Source: Geobacter sulfurreducens PCA
GTDB lineage: Bacteria > Desulfobacterota > Desulfuromonadia > Geobacterales > Geobacteraceae
Assembly (NCBI RefSeq): GCF_000007985.2
Contig: NC_002939.5
Span: 1,410,001 to 1,442,000 of the forward strand
Direction: 5' to 3'
Length of the DNA: 32,000 nucleotides
Shown: one piece after another, positions 18,271 through 28,496 of the stretch
Layout of the letters: every line of letters starts with the position of its first letter
How positions within the stretch are numbered: position 1 is the stretch's first letter
Notes under the pieces: generated by a model
Seen by the model: only the letters and a program-made list of their open reading frames with translations
Database searches by the model: none
What the model was told of the DNA's origin: nothing
Translations under genes and position numbers: made by a program

Positions 18271-19971
18271 ATGAGCTGGAAGAACCTGAAGCTGAGTCTC
18301 AAGGTGCTTGCGGGCATCGGTAGTGTCCTTGTGTTGCTGGCGGTCATCGGCGTCTGGGCGGTGAACGGCCTGTCAAAGGTTGTCAGGGACGGCCACGAGG
18401 TAAGCGAAGGGAACAAACTGCGGGCCGAGCTCCTCCAACGGGAGGTGGATCACCTCAACTGGGCCAAGAACGTCAGCACGTTCCTGCTGGATGGCAAGGT
18501 CAGGGAGCTCACCGTTCAGGTGGATCACACCAAGTGCAAGTTCGGCGAGTGGTACTACGGCGAGGGACGCAAGCAGGCCGAGGCCATGCTTCCCGCGCTG
18601 AAGGACGAACTGGCTGCCATCGAGGAACCCCACCGCAAGCTCCACGAGTCGGCAGGGCTCATCAAGAAGGCCTACAACAAAGAGCAGGGTGAGCAGGGCC
18701 GCAAGGACGCGGAGATCATCTTCGCGAGTCAGACCCAGCCGAACCTGCAGCTGGTGCAGAAGCACCTGGCCGGGCTAAATGAGACATCCCGCAAGAATAT
18801 CCTCTCCGATGAACAGATGATCGCCAACGCCAACAGCACCAAGACCGCCGTGATCGCCCTGAGCATTGCCGCCCTGGTAATCGGCGTTGTTCTGGCACTG
18901 CTCATCTCCCGTTCCATCAGCATTCCGGTCCTGAAGGGGGTTGAATTCGCCCTGAAGATAGCTGACGGCGACCTGCGGAGCACCCTCGACATTGATCGGA
19001 AGGACGAGGTGGGGCAGTTGGTGGCGGCCCTCAACGACATGGTTGCCAAGCTCCGTGACATTGTAACCGATGTGAAGAACTCGGCCGATAACGTTGCTGC
19101 CGGCAGCCAGGAGCTCTCCTCCAGCTCCGAGGTCATGAGTCAGGGAGCCACCGAGCAGGCAGCCGCGGCCGAAGAGGCCTCCAGCTCCATGGAGCAGATG
19201 GCGGCCAATATCCGGCAGAACGCGGACAACGCCTCTCAGACTGAGAAGATCGCCCTGAAGAGCGCCACTGATGCCCGCGAGGGTGGCAAGGCTGTTGCCG
19301 GCACGGTGAGTGCCATGAAGGAAATCGCCTCCAAGATCTCGATCATCGAGGAGATAGCCCGTCAGACGAACCTGCTGGCGTTGAACGCAGCCATCGAAGC
19401 GGCGCGTGCCGGTGAGCACGGCAAAGGGTTCGCAGTGGTAGCGGCCGAGGTCAGAAAGCTTGCCGAACGGAGCCAGAAGGCAGCGGGCGAGATCAGCGAA
19501 CTGTCTGCCTCCAGCGTTCAGGTAGCGGAAGAGGCCGGCGAGATGCTGGCGCGGATGGTGCCGGATATCCAGCGTACCGCGGAACTGGTGCAGGAGATCA
19601 GTGCCGCGTGCAAGGAGCAGGACTCGGGAGCGGAGCAGATCAACAAGGCGATCCAGCAGCTTGACCAAGTGATCCAGCAGAACGCCAGCGCCAGCGAAGA
19701 GATGGCGTCCACCAGCGAAGAGCTGGCCGGGCAGGCGGAGCATCTCCAGTCGACCATCACATTTTTCAAAACCGACGAGCAGGGGCGGGCTGCCGGGAGA
19801 TCTCCGGCCGTGCGTCCGGCCGCGGTGGCGAAGAAGCCCGCTGCGTTGCGCCTGGGCCACGGCAACGAACGCCGGACGGAGCCTGTCGCGCCGCGAAAGG
19901 CTGTAGCCGGCAAGGGCGTGGACCTGAAGATGGACGGCGACTACCTGGATGACCAGTTCGAAAAGTTCTAG
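18271..19971 (+). CDS. Methyl-accepting chemotaxis protein with a CZB-type (zinc-binding) motif in the inter-TM region
   Basis: GGAAGGAGAGG RBS, then ATG 18271 (MSWKNLKL...); the track start at 18265 is a GTG. HLNW-x24-CKFGEW-x26-HRKLH (18451-18645) fits the CZB pattern. TM, HAMP and MCP domain are present. C-terminal QFEKF. Confidence 0.92.
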   Translation: MSWKNLKLSLKVLAGIGSVLVLLAVIGVWAVNGLSKVVRDGHEVSEGNKLRAELLQREVDHLNWAKNVSTFLLDGKVRELTVQVDHTKCKFGEWYYGEGRKQAEAMLPALKDELAAIEEPHRKLHESAGLIKKAYNKEQGEQGRKDAEIIFASQTQPNLQLVQKHLAGLNETSRKNILSDEQMIANANSTKTAVIALSIAALVIGVVLALLISRSISIPVLKGVEFALKIADGDLRSTLDIDRKDEVGQLVAALNDMVAKLRDIVTDVKNSADNVAAGSQELSSSSEVMSQGATEQAAAAEEASSSMEQMAANIRQNADNASQTEKIALKSATDAREGGKAVAGTVSAMKEIASKISIIEEIARQTNLLALNAAIEAARAGEHGKGFAVVAAEVRKLAERSQKAAGEISELSASSVQVAEEAGEMLARMVPDIQRTAELVQEISAACKEQDSGAEQINKAIQQLDQVIQQNASASEEMASTSEELAGQAEHLQSTITFFKTDEQGRAAGRSPAVRPAAVAKKPAALRLGHGNERRTEPVAPRKAVAGKGVDLKMDGDYLDDQFEKF

Positions 19972-20069
19972 CAGGCTGCTGCAAAACCGTTGTGGGGCAT
20001 CTGCGTCATTGAGCAGCCATGTTTACCTTGACTAATCGCCATGGACCGTGGGCGCCAGCCGTCTGAACG

Positions 20070-20110
20070 AAAAAGCCCGGCCCGGAGATCATCTCCGGAC
20101 CGGGCTTTTT
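20070..20110. terminator. Bidirectional rho-independent terminator between convergent MCP and gdhA
   Basis: A5, then GCCCGGCCCGGAGAT (20075-20089) / ATCTCCGGACCGGGC (20091-20105, one mismatch), then T5. Confidence 0.8.
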
Positions 20111-20140
20111 GCATGGGGCTGCCTGGTTGCTTCCAGGCTG

Positions 20141-21603
<1,463 letters not shown>

Positions 21604-21821
21604 TGGCGTGATGTTGAGGTGGGCAATTGCCTGATTTATCGGCAAATTTTATGGGGGAGGCGTGCTGGAGGCGCGCGGTGAGGTGGGTTTAGTGATTATA
21701 AAATGTACACGGTTGTGTAGGTTGCCTGTAAAACGGGCGGGCCCGGATTGGACGGACCGGTTGTTGTCGGGAGGGGGTCTGGTATCCTTGTCCTGAGACC
21801 ACGATGATGGGAGGATTCACC

Positions 21822-23348
21822 GTGCTGATCGAGATGCATTGTCATACCTCCGAATACTCCTCCTGCAGCGGCGTTGCGGCCGTGAACCTAGTGCGGCAGG
21901 TGGCGGCGAAGAACCTGCAGGGGATCGTTCTTACGGATCACCATCACCTCTGGGAAGCCTCTGAACTGGCCGATGTCCGGCGCCGGGCGGAGGTACCCGA
22001 CCATTTCGTCATCCTTGCCGGCCAGGAAGTAACCACGCCGGAACTCGGCGATGTGCTCGTCTTCGGGGCGGATGCGACGATCGAGCGGGGGACTCCGCTG
22101 GCTGAAATCCGGCGGCGCTACCCGGCTGCCGCCCTTGTCTGGGCCCATCCCTACCGCAGGGGGAAGCGCCCCACGCCGGAGCAGCTTTGCCATCCGCTGC
22201 TGGACGGTGTGGAGATCTTCAACTCCAACCACACGGTGCGGGAGAACAGTCAGGGGCTCCAGGACTGGCATCGCGACCGGTTCACTGCCATCGCGGGCAC
22301 AGATACCCATGGTGAAAACTACGCAGGGCTCTATCCGACCCAGTTCGACCATGCCGTCAAGACCATCGCCGACCTGGCAGCCGAGATCAGGCACGGCAGG
22401 TGTCGGCCGTTCCTGAAGGAGATTCCCCGCTCGGGCGCCAACAGCCAGGTCATCGAGGTGACCATCGGTACCAAGGGGGCCGACGAGGTGCGCGAACGGC
22501 TCATCATCAAGGAGATCGGCACCCGGCATAAGTGGCGGTCCGCCGAGCGGGCATTTCGCATCATGGGGGAGATCGTCGGCCACGGCTTCGATGAGGGGAA
22601 GTTCAGGGTACCCCGCCCCATCGATGAGGACGAAGCCTCCATGACGCTCATCGAACAGGGCCTGCGCGGAAAATCGCTCTTCGACAAGCTCCTGACGGCC
22701 GAACCGGAGGACGGGAGAGCATACCTGTCACTGGCTGCCGGCTGGCTGGCCCGACTTCATGGCTGCCGCCTCAGGATCACGCCGCGCGATGAATTTCTGG
22801 TCCGGGAAGACGAGCGTCTGGCCCGATACCTGGAGCGGTTCACCGCCATCGGGCACAGGCACACCCGCAAGGTGCAAGAGATTCTCGCTGCGGTGGCGGC
22901 AGAGGAGCGGCGGGTGGTGGCGGAGGGGAGTGCGTACATGGTGCAGGGCCATGGCGATTTCCATCCGAAAAACGTGTTCGTGGGCCAGGATGTCATGGAG
23001 AACCGTTCAACCCTGTTCGTGGCGGCAATAGACTTCGAAAGCTCCTACGTGCTTCCCCGCGCCTTTGACGTGGGGTGCTTCCTGGCCCAGTTCCGGAACC
23101 AGTTCTATCACTATGGGGAAATAGTGAACGCCTATCCCGAGGAACTGTTCCTGGAAGCCTATCTGCGCGATTCCGATCAGGTGGAGCCGGATTTTCTCCG
23201 TCAGGTCGAACTGTTCCGCGCCCGGACCAACATGAGCATCGCTGCCTACCTGGTGAAAGTGGGGCTGGGGGACAGCGAAGACCTGTGGCGGGTGATCGTG
23301 GAGGCCGAGCGTTCCATCAGCAATCTCTCAACCGGCCCTGCCGGCTGA
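21822..23348 (+). CDS. Fusion protein: N-terminal PHP-family phosphoesterase + C-terminal aminoglycoside/choline-kinase-fold (APH-like) domain
   Basis: GGGAGGA at 21809-21815, then GTG 21822 (VLIEMHCHT...); ATG 21804 is an alternative. PHP metal ligands HCHT, TDHH and GTDTH. Kinase-fold catalytic loop HGDFHPKN and the metal-binding IDFE. Confidence 0.8.
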   Translation: MLIEMHCHTSEYSSCSGVAAVNLVRQVAAKNLQGIVLTDHHHLWEASELADVRRRAEVPDHFVILAGQEVTTPELGDVLVFGADATIERGTPLAEIRRRYPAAALVWAHPYRRGKRPTPEQLCHPLLDGVEIFNSNHTVRENSQGLQDWHRDRFTAIAGTDTHGENYAGLYPTQFDHAVKTIADLAAEIRHGRCRPFLKEIPRSGANSQVIEVTIGTKGADEVRERLIIKEIGTRHKWRSAERAFRIMGEIVGHGFDEGKFRVPRPIDEDEASMTLIEQGLRGKSLFDKLLTAEPEDGRAYLSLAAGWLARLHGCRLRITPRDEFLVREDERLARYLERFTAIGHRHTRKVQEILAAVAAEERRVVAEGSAYMVQGHGDFHPKNVFVGQDVMENRSTLFVAAIDFESSYVLPRAFDVGCFLAQFRNQFYHYGEIVNAYPEELFLEAYLRDSDQVEPDFLRQVELFRARTNMSIAAYLVKVGLGDSEDLWRVIVEAERSISNLSTGPAG

Positions 23349-23419
23349 ACTGCCTGGCCTTTCGTTCGTTTTCCGATATACTGATCCCAACTCACCACAC
23401 TCAAGGAGGAACATCATCC

Positions 23420-23941
23420 ATGCTGAACACCGAGATGGCCGCAGCCCTCAACAAGCACTTGAATATCGAACTCTATTCGGCCCAACTGTACCTCTCCATG
23501 TCGTCCTATGCCAACTCCATGGGGCTCAAGGGGGCCGCCACCTGGTTCATGGTCCAGTACCAGGAGGAGATGCTTCATTTCATGAAGTTCTATCAGTACA
23601 TCAACAGCCAGGGCGAGCACGTGACGCTCGGTCCCATAGACGCACCGCCGGCCGAGTTCGCCTCCCTGCTGCAAATGTTCGAGAAGACCCTCGAACACGA
23701 GATGTACATCACCCGGTGCATCAACGATCTGACCGAGCTGGCGGTCCGGCAGAAGGATCATGCCACCCAGATTTTCCTCCAGTGGTTCGTGACCGAGCAG
23801 ATCGAGGAGGAGGAAAACGACCGGGAGATCATCGGTAAGCTGAAGCTGGTGGGAGACAACGGTTACGGCCTGCTGATGATCGACAACGAACTGGGTGTGC
23901 GGGTGTTCACCGCCCCCCCAGTCGACGGCCAAGCGCCGTGA
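23420..23941 (+). CDS. Ferritin (non-heme, Ftn-like)
   Basis: AGGAGGA at 23404-23410, then ATG 23420. MLNTEMAAALNKHLNIELYSAQLYLSMSSY...EEMLHFMKF...LEHE...FLQWFVTEQIEEE. The 288-aa track ORF starting at 23075 is an upstream extension. Confidence 0.92.
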   Translation: MLNTEMAAALNKHLNIELYSAQLYLSMSSYANSMGLKGAATWFMVQYQEEMLHFMKFYQYINSQGEHVTLGPIDAPPAEFASLLQMFEKTLEHEMYITRCINDLTELAVRQKDHATQIFLQWFVTEQIEEEENDREIIGKLKLVGDNGYGLLMIDNELGVRVFTAPPVDGQAP

Positions 23942-23969
23942 TGTCTTGCTGAGCGGTGTACGAGACCGG

Positions 23970-24004
23970 CTGCGGGGAGGCGGTTCTTCCTGCCTCCGCC
24001 GCAG
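23970..24004 (+). other. Strong intercistronic hairpin (14 bp, one bulge) without a T-tract
   Basis: CTGCGGGGAGGCGG (23970-23983), loop TTCTTC, then CTGCCTCCGCCGCAG (23990-24004). Confidence 0.5.
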
Positions 24005-24027
24005 TCGGCGTGTGAAAGGACGGCATG

Positions 24028-24243
24028 ATGAAAATACGCTTCTGCGAGCACAACAAGGGGAAGAACAAAGTGGTCAAGCGACTGCATGAACAGTTCCCCA
24101 AGCTCGATGTGAGGATCAAGGACTGCGTCGGCAAGTGCGGTCCCTGCCACAAGACCCCTTTTGCCCTTGTGGACGGAAAAACGATCTGCGGCATTGACTC
24201 CGAAGACCTCTATGGCAAGATCGTGAAGGAGATGGGCAAATAG
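24028..24243 (+). CDS. DUF1450 (YuzB-like) small Cys-rich protein
   Basis: MKIRFCEHN...DCVGKCGPCHKTPFALVDGK, with four Cys at family-typical positions. ATG 24025 and ATG 24028 are both possible; AAAGGA lies upstream. Confidence 0.75.
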   Translation: MKIRFCEHNKGKNKVVKRLHEQFPKLDVRIKDCVGKCGPCHKTPFALVDGKTICGIDSEDLYGKIVKEMGK

Positions 24244-24290
24244 CGGAAGCGGGTCACGCATTTTCTTCCCCTCTAATTCCTGCCTTTGTA

Positions 24291-24431
24291 CGTCAGATTT
24301 TGACGGTCAATTTTAAAAATGTGCAAAATCAATAATTTGTGATTATGTATACATAATAATTAAAATTTCTTATGTAGCATAACGTTTAATGTTAGCGTTA
24401 TCCTAACCGAAAGTGAGTCTGTCATATGACA
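24291..24431. promoter_or_regulatory. AT-rich palindrome-dense leader or promoter region
   Basis: 23 G+C in 24301-24400 by hand count. CGTCA-N5-TGACG at 24291-24305. 16-bp perfect palindrome ATTATGTATACATAAT at 24342-24357. ATAACG-N11-CGTTAT at 24379-24401. 12-bp perfect palindrome TGTCATATGACA at 24420-24431. Confidence 0.45.
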
Positions 24432-24523
24432 CTATCGTATGGCGGATACTGCGGTAAATGAACCATGGCGCCCGACCGGTCGCGAGGTTCGGTTGCCGGC
24501 AGTTATTTCCGGCAGGATGACGC

Positions 24524-25753
24524 ATGGCGATCCCACAAATTCCCTTGTTCAGGTGGCCGAAACGTCGGCTGTTCACCCTTGCAGCCCTGCTTGTGGTGGT
24601 GTTTGCTGCCGTCACGTCGCTGCGGTTCCGCTATTATGGGCACTGGCAGGGAATTTACATCCTCAGGGGGGTGGACGGCCATTACCTGGTAAAGGATGAC
24701 CTGCTGCTCGGCGACGAGAACGCTCTTCTCCTCGCCCTGCCGGCCGAGCCAGTGTTCCGTTTTCTCAATGGCAATGTGAGCCACGCCACCGGGGGGCCGC
24801 GTCTTGAATACGAGTGGTTCCGCCGTGACGGGAGCGGGTTCGTCCGGAGCTTTGCCGCCGACGGCACGGAGTATCTTACCTGTCTCAGCAGGTATCTGGA
24901 CAGCGGTGGGAAGGAGAGCCGGGGGCTGTTCGTGGGAGGCGGACTGCCCTTCGACCTGGAAAGGGACCGCCGGCAGAGCATGAACGAAACCGGGATGGCG
25001 TTTTTCGACGGCGCGTCCTGGCATCACATCTGGTGCAACGTCAACGAGGCCATCTCGCCGTGGAGCAATCCGGCCGCGGTGATGCCACCTTCAGCCTGGA
25101 AATACCGGGGGAGCCGCGTTTTGGAATCGACGCCCCGGCGGCTCGTTCTCGGCAGCAGCCACTGGTTCGAGCTTGACGGCGTACCGGTGTCCATGGACCG
25201 TTTCATGATCTTCAGGGCCGGTACCCGCTATGTGACCCTCGTGATCCGGATGACCAACATCGGCACGCAGCCCACGGGTTACTTCTATGTCTATGGCGAC
25301 GAACCATGGGTGGGGAACTACGGATCTGCCGAGGGTAACGTGGGCTGGGTTGTCGACGGCCTCGTTCCCTATGAGGGGTCCCTCGACCTGAAACGCCACA
25401 GTTGGGCCGGCTATGTGGACTATGGCAACGAAGCGGCCGGCGAGACGCATGACCGCAACGGTTTGGCCAATTTCATCGAGTGGCAGGGCCCCGTCACGCC
25501 GGATACGGTCTACTTCTCCAACAGGATCGGCACCTTTGCCAATGTTTCCGCCCGGGTGCCCCTCTCCCATCCGCAGAACCGGGTCATCGTCCTCCAGTGG
25601 GGGCCCCGCCTCCTGGCGCCGGGGCAGTCGGACATCTTTGTGCTTTCCATCGGCATGGCGGACCGGGAGCCGAACACCGGCTTCCCGCTCAAGCCCGATA
25701 CCTCCTTCGATCTTGCCTCATTCCAGCAGTTTCTGGCAACCCAGGGTTTCTGA
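24524..25753 (+). CDS. Hypothetical membrane-anchored protein, no recognisable domain
   Basis: 409-aa ORF with GC-rich, coding-like composition. N-terminal TM LFTLAALLVVVFAAVTSL. I recognise no family motifs. Confidence 0.7.
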   Translation: MAIPQIPLFRWPKRRLFTLAALLVVVFAAVTSLRFRYYGHWQGIYILRGVDGHYLVKDDLLLGDENALLLALPAEPVFRFLNGNVSHATGGPRLEYEWFRRDGSGFVRSFAADGTEYLTCLSRYLDSGGKESRGLFVGGGLPFDLERDRRQSMNETGMAFFDGASWHHIWCNVNEAISPWSNPAAVMPPSAWKYRGSRVLESTPRRLVLGSSHWFELDGVPVSMDRFMIFRAGTRYVTLVIRMTNIGTQPTGYFYVYGDEPWVGNYGSAEGNVGWVVDGLVPYEGSLDLKRHSWAGYVDYGNEAAGETHDRNGLANFIEWQGPVTPDTVYFSNRIGTFANVSARVPLSHPQNRVIVLQWGPRLLAPGQSDIFVLSIGMADREPNTGFPLKPDTSFDLASFQQFLATQGF

Positions 25754-25793
25754 CGAGACTCAGCCCCCTTCACACATTCCGTCCAGCATCCTT

Positions 25794-26894
25794 TTACTTT
25801 TGAAAGCTCCGCACGAACCGGCGATCGATCAGGTCTTTGAGGAGCCAGGGGAGCGTGCCGTGCCGGACGATCTTTCCCCGGACCAGCACTCCGGTGCCGT
25901 CACCCAGGTTCAGTATCTGGAGAAAGCGCTTCTGAGGCTTGAAGGGGGCAAGGGGGCACCCGCCAAGGTACGCCCGGAGGTTGGCGTGGAGAAGCGGTCC
26001 CTGGCGGACCGCATAGACCCCCACCCGCGCCAGGGGAGCACCTTCGAAGGCGATGCAGTCGCCGCCGCCGAATACTGACGCCGAGCCCGTCGACTGGAGG
26101 AAGCGGTTGACGCTCAGGGAGCCGTCCGGGGCCAGGGGAAGCCCCAGGCTTTCGAGGAGGAGAGGCGGTTTCACGCCGGTGGAAATCAGGGCGACGTCGA
26201 ATGGGATCCGGCGGCCGTCGGCAAGGATGGCCGTACCGTCTGTCCAGCCGGAAACGGGAGCGTCTTCGATCATTCGGATTCCGCGCCGGTCGAAGGAGGC
26301 GCGGACCAACTCACGGGTCAGGGGAGGGAAGGGTGCGAGCAGGGGGCCGGCACTGGCAATGGTGACGCTGCCCCGATCGCCCAGCAGCCGGCGGCCGTTG
26401 CCGGCAATCTCCACACCGGCCGCGCCGCCGCCCACCACCAGAAGTCGGGGAGGCGCGGTGCAGCCCGCTTCCCGCAGCCGTTCCACTGCCCGGGCCAGAT
26501 TGGCGATGGGTTTGACCGGGTAGACGCCGGGCAGGGCGGGGACCAGCCCGGCCACTATCGATCCGGCGTTAAGGGAGAGGGCATCGTAGGCCAGCTCTCT
26601 GCCGTCGGTGAGCCGGAGCAGCCTGCAGTCCGGATCGAGCCCCGCTGCCTCGCCGATCACGCACCGCCCGCCGCCCGATTCCGCCAGCCGCTGCACGTCG
26701 ATGCGAACCTGCTCTTCCGTGTAGAGCCCCCCGAGCATTCCCGGCCCCATGCCCGAATAGTAGTGATGGCGGGCCGGGGTGACGAGGGTGACGGCGATGC
26801 CCGCTCCGGTAAGCTCCCGGAGGCGCCGGAGGGTATGGAGATGGGCATGCCCTCCGCCTACCAGTATCAGGTGCCGGGCGGCGCGGCCGTTCAT
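25794..26894 (-). CDS. FAD-dependent pyridine nucleotide-disulfide oxidoreductase (NDH-2-like)
   Basis: [17 protein letters not shown] and [15 protein letters not shown] dinucleotide folds, plus GGGDCIAF. Its ATG overlaps the pgi stop (ATGA at 26891-26894). Confidence 0.85.
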   Translation of the reverse strand: MNGRAARHLILVGGGHAHLHTLRRLRELTGAGIAVTLVTPARHHYYSGMGPGMLGGLYTEEQVRIDVQRLAESGGGRCVIGEAAGLDPDCRLLRLTDGRELAYDALSLNAGSIVAGLVPALPGVYPVKPIANLARAVERLREAGCTAPPRLLVVGGGAAGVEIAGNGRRLLGDRGSVTIASAGPLLAPFPPLTRELVRASFDRRGIRMIEDAPVSGWTDGTAILADGRRIPFDVALISTGVKPPLLLESLGLPLAPDGSLSVNRFLQSTGSASVFGGGDCIAFEGAPLARVGVYAVRQGPLLHANLRAYLGGCPLAPFKPQKRFLQILNLGDGTGVLVRGKIVRHGTLPWLLKDLIDRRFVRSFQK

Positions 26895-28480
26895 CGGGCG
26901 GAAAAGCGGCTCCGGGTAAGAGGGGATGCCGCTTCCATGACGACACCGTGGTCCGGGTTGGCGGCGGCGTGCAGGAGGCTTCTGAATATCGTTTCCGCCT
27001 CTTCCGGCCTGCCCAGTGCCGCGGCGATCTCCGTGGCGGAAAGGGTGCCCCCTTCCCGTCGCAGGAATGCCAGTGCCTCGCCCGTGAGGGCCAGGACGCC
27101 GCCTGCCGCCTTTTTCCCCGCCTCCACGCCGGGCTGGTGGTAGGCGTTGATGTTGACCAGGGAGGCATAGAGCCCCACGGCCCGCTCGAAGAGGGCCACC
27201 AGGACACCCACCGTGCGTGGGGTTATGGCGGGAATGGTGATGGTGAGTGACTCGCGTCCCTTTTCGCTCAGGGCGGTGCGGGTCCCCTGAAGGAAGCCGG
27301 ACAGGTAGTCGCCGCTGGTGAAGCCCGGCTCAACCGCCAGGGAGGCCCCCTCGCGATCCTTCAGCACCTCGATGAAAGCGACGAAGAAGTTGTTGGTCCC
27401 CTCACGCAACTGCTGCACGTAGGCGTGCTGATCCGTGGAGCCCTTGTTGCCGTAGACCGTGAGCCCCTGGTTCACCACGGTGCCGTCCAGATCCAGCTCC
27501 TTGCCGATGGATTCCATGATGAGTTGCTGGAGGTAGCGGGAGAAGAGGAGCAGGCGATCCTTGTAGGGGAGCACCACCATGTCGCGGGAGCCGCTGCCCC
27601 GGGTGGCGTGATGCCACATGAGGGCCAGGAGGGCCGCCGGATTGCGGAGCGTCTCGCGCCGGCGAGTCAGTGTGTCGCAGGTCCGGGCGCCATCGAGGAA
27701 GTCTCTGATGGGGATTCCCTGGAGCGCGGCCGGCAGGAGTCCCACGGCCGAGGTCTCCGAGGTGCGGCCGCCGACCCAGTCCCACATGGGGAAGCGGCAC
27801 AGCCAGCCGCCGGCCTCGGCGGTCCGGTCCAGCTCGCTGCCGGCGCCGGTGACTGCCACGGCATGACGGGAAAAGTCGAGCCCGGCACGCCGGTAGGCCG
27901 CCTCCGCCTCAAGCATGCCGTTCCTCGTTTCCTTGGTGCCGCCGCTCTTGGAGATGACGATGGCAAGGGTTTCCGCCAGCCCATCCGCTCCGAGGGTCTC
28001 AAGTACCCGGTCCATGCCGTCAGGGTCGGTGTTGTCGAAGAAGAAGGGCCGCATCCGGTCGCCGTGGCCGCCCAGGGCATCTGCCACGAACTGTGGCCCC
28101 AAGGCTGAGCCGCCGATGCCGATCACCAGGACGTTGCGGAAGAGGCGGGCTCGGGGCGCCGTCACCACCCCGTTATGGACATCAGCGGCAAAGGCCGTTA
28201 CACGATCAACAGTCTCCCTGATGGCGGCGGCGATAGCGGGGTCGGGGGCCAGTTCGGGACTTCTGAGCCAATAGTGCCCCACCATCCGGTTTTCGTCCGG
28301 ATTTGCGATCTCACCCGCCTCCAGCCGTTCCATGGCGTCGAAGGCGCGCTGCATGGCCGGCTCCATGGAGGCGAAGAAATCATCGCTGAAGGCCATTCTG
28401 CTGACATCAAGGATGAGTCCCGTGTCCGCGTCGAAAAGAAGATAGGTCTGGTAGCGTTGCCACAGTTCATGGGCGTTCAT
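26891..28480 (-). CDS. pgi: Glucose-6-phosphate isomerase
   Basis: GGAGGAG RBS, then the ATG at 28480 ([11 protein letters not shown]...). The track start at 28570 is an extension across the upstream gene tail. PGI signatures [14 protein letters not shown] and [14 protein letters not shown]. Confidence 0.93.
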   Translation of the reverse strand: MNAHELWQRYQTYLLFDADTGLILDVSRMAFSDDFFASMEPAMQRAFDAMERLEAGEIANPDENRMVGHYWLRSPELAPDPAIAAAIRETVDRVTAFAADVHNGVVTAPRARLFRNVLVIGIGGSALGPQFVADALGGHGDRMRPFFFDNTDPDGMDRVLETLGADGLAETLAIVISKSGGTKETRNGMLEAEAAYRRAGLDFSRHAVAVTGAGSELDRTAEAGGWLCRFPMWDWVGGRTSETSAVGLLPAALQGIPIRDFLDGARTCDTLTRRRETLRNPAALLALMWHHATRGSGSRDMVVLPYKDRLLLFSRYLQQLIMESIGKELDLDGTVVNQGLTVYGNKGSTDQHAYVQQLREGTNNFFVAFIEVLKDREGASLAVEPGFTSGDYLSGFLQGTRTALSEKGRESLTITIPAITPRTVGVLVALFERAVGLYASLVNINAYHQPGVEAGKKAAGGVLALTGEALAFLRREGGTLSATEIAAALGRPEEAETIFRSLLHAAANPDHGVVMEAASPLTRSRFSAR

Positions 28481-28496
28481 TGGACTCCTCCGGTCT

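Noticed and set aside
21636-21643. Perfect GCCGATAA (sigma-28 -10 consensus) on the minus strand upstream of gdhA.
   Set aside because: There is no TAAA at the required 15-nt spacing (21659-21662 is not TTTA on the plus strand). A single 8-mer match is expected by chance in 64 kb of two-strand sequence.
23075-23419. Upstream extension giving a 288-aa ferritin ORF.
   Set aside because: The extension overlaps the 3' end of the PHP-kinase gene in another frame and is Arg/Pro/Gly-rich. A strong AGGAGGA RBS precedes the internal ATG at 23420, which gives a canonical 173-aa ferritin.
24391-24410. GTTAG-N7-CTAAC / TTAGCGTTATCCTAACCGAA resemblance to the IdeR/DtxR box TTAGGTTAGCCTAACCTAA near ferritin.
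   Set aside because: The right half matches 8/9, but the left half is out of register by one base and matches poorly. I cannot support it as an iron box.
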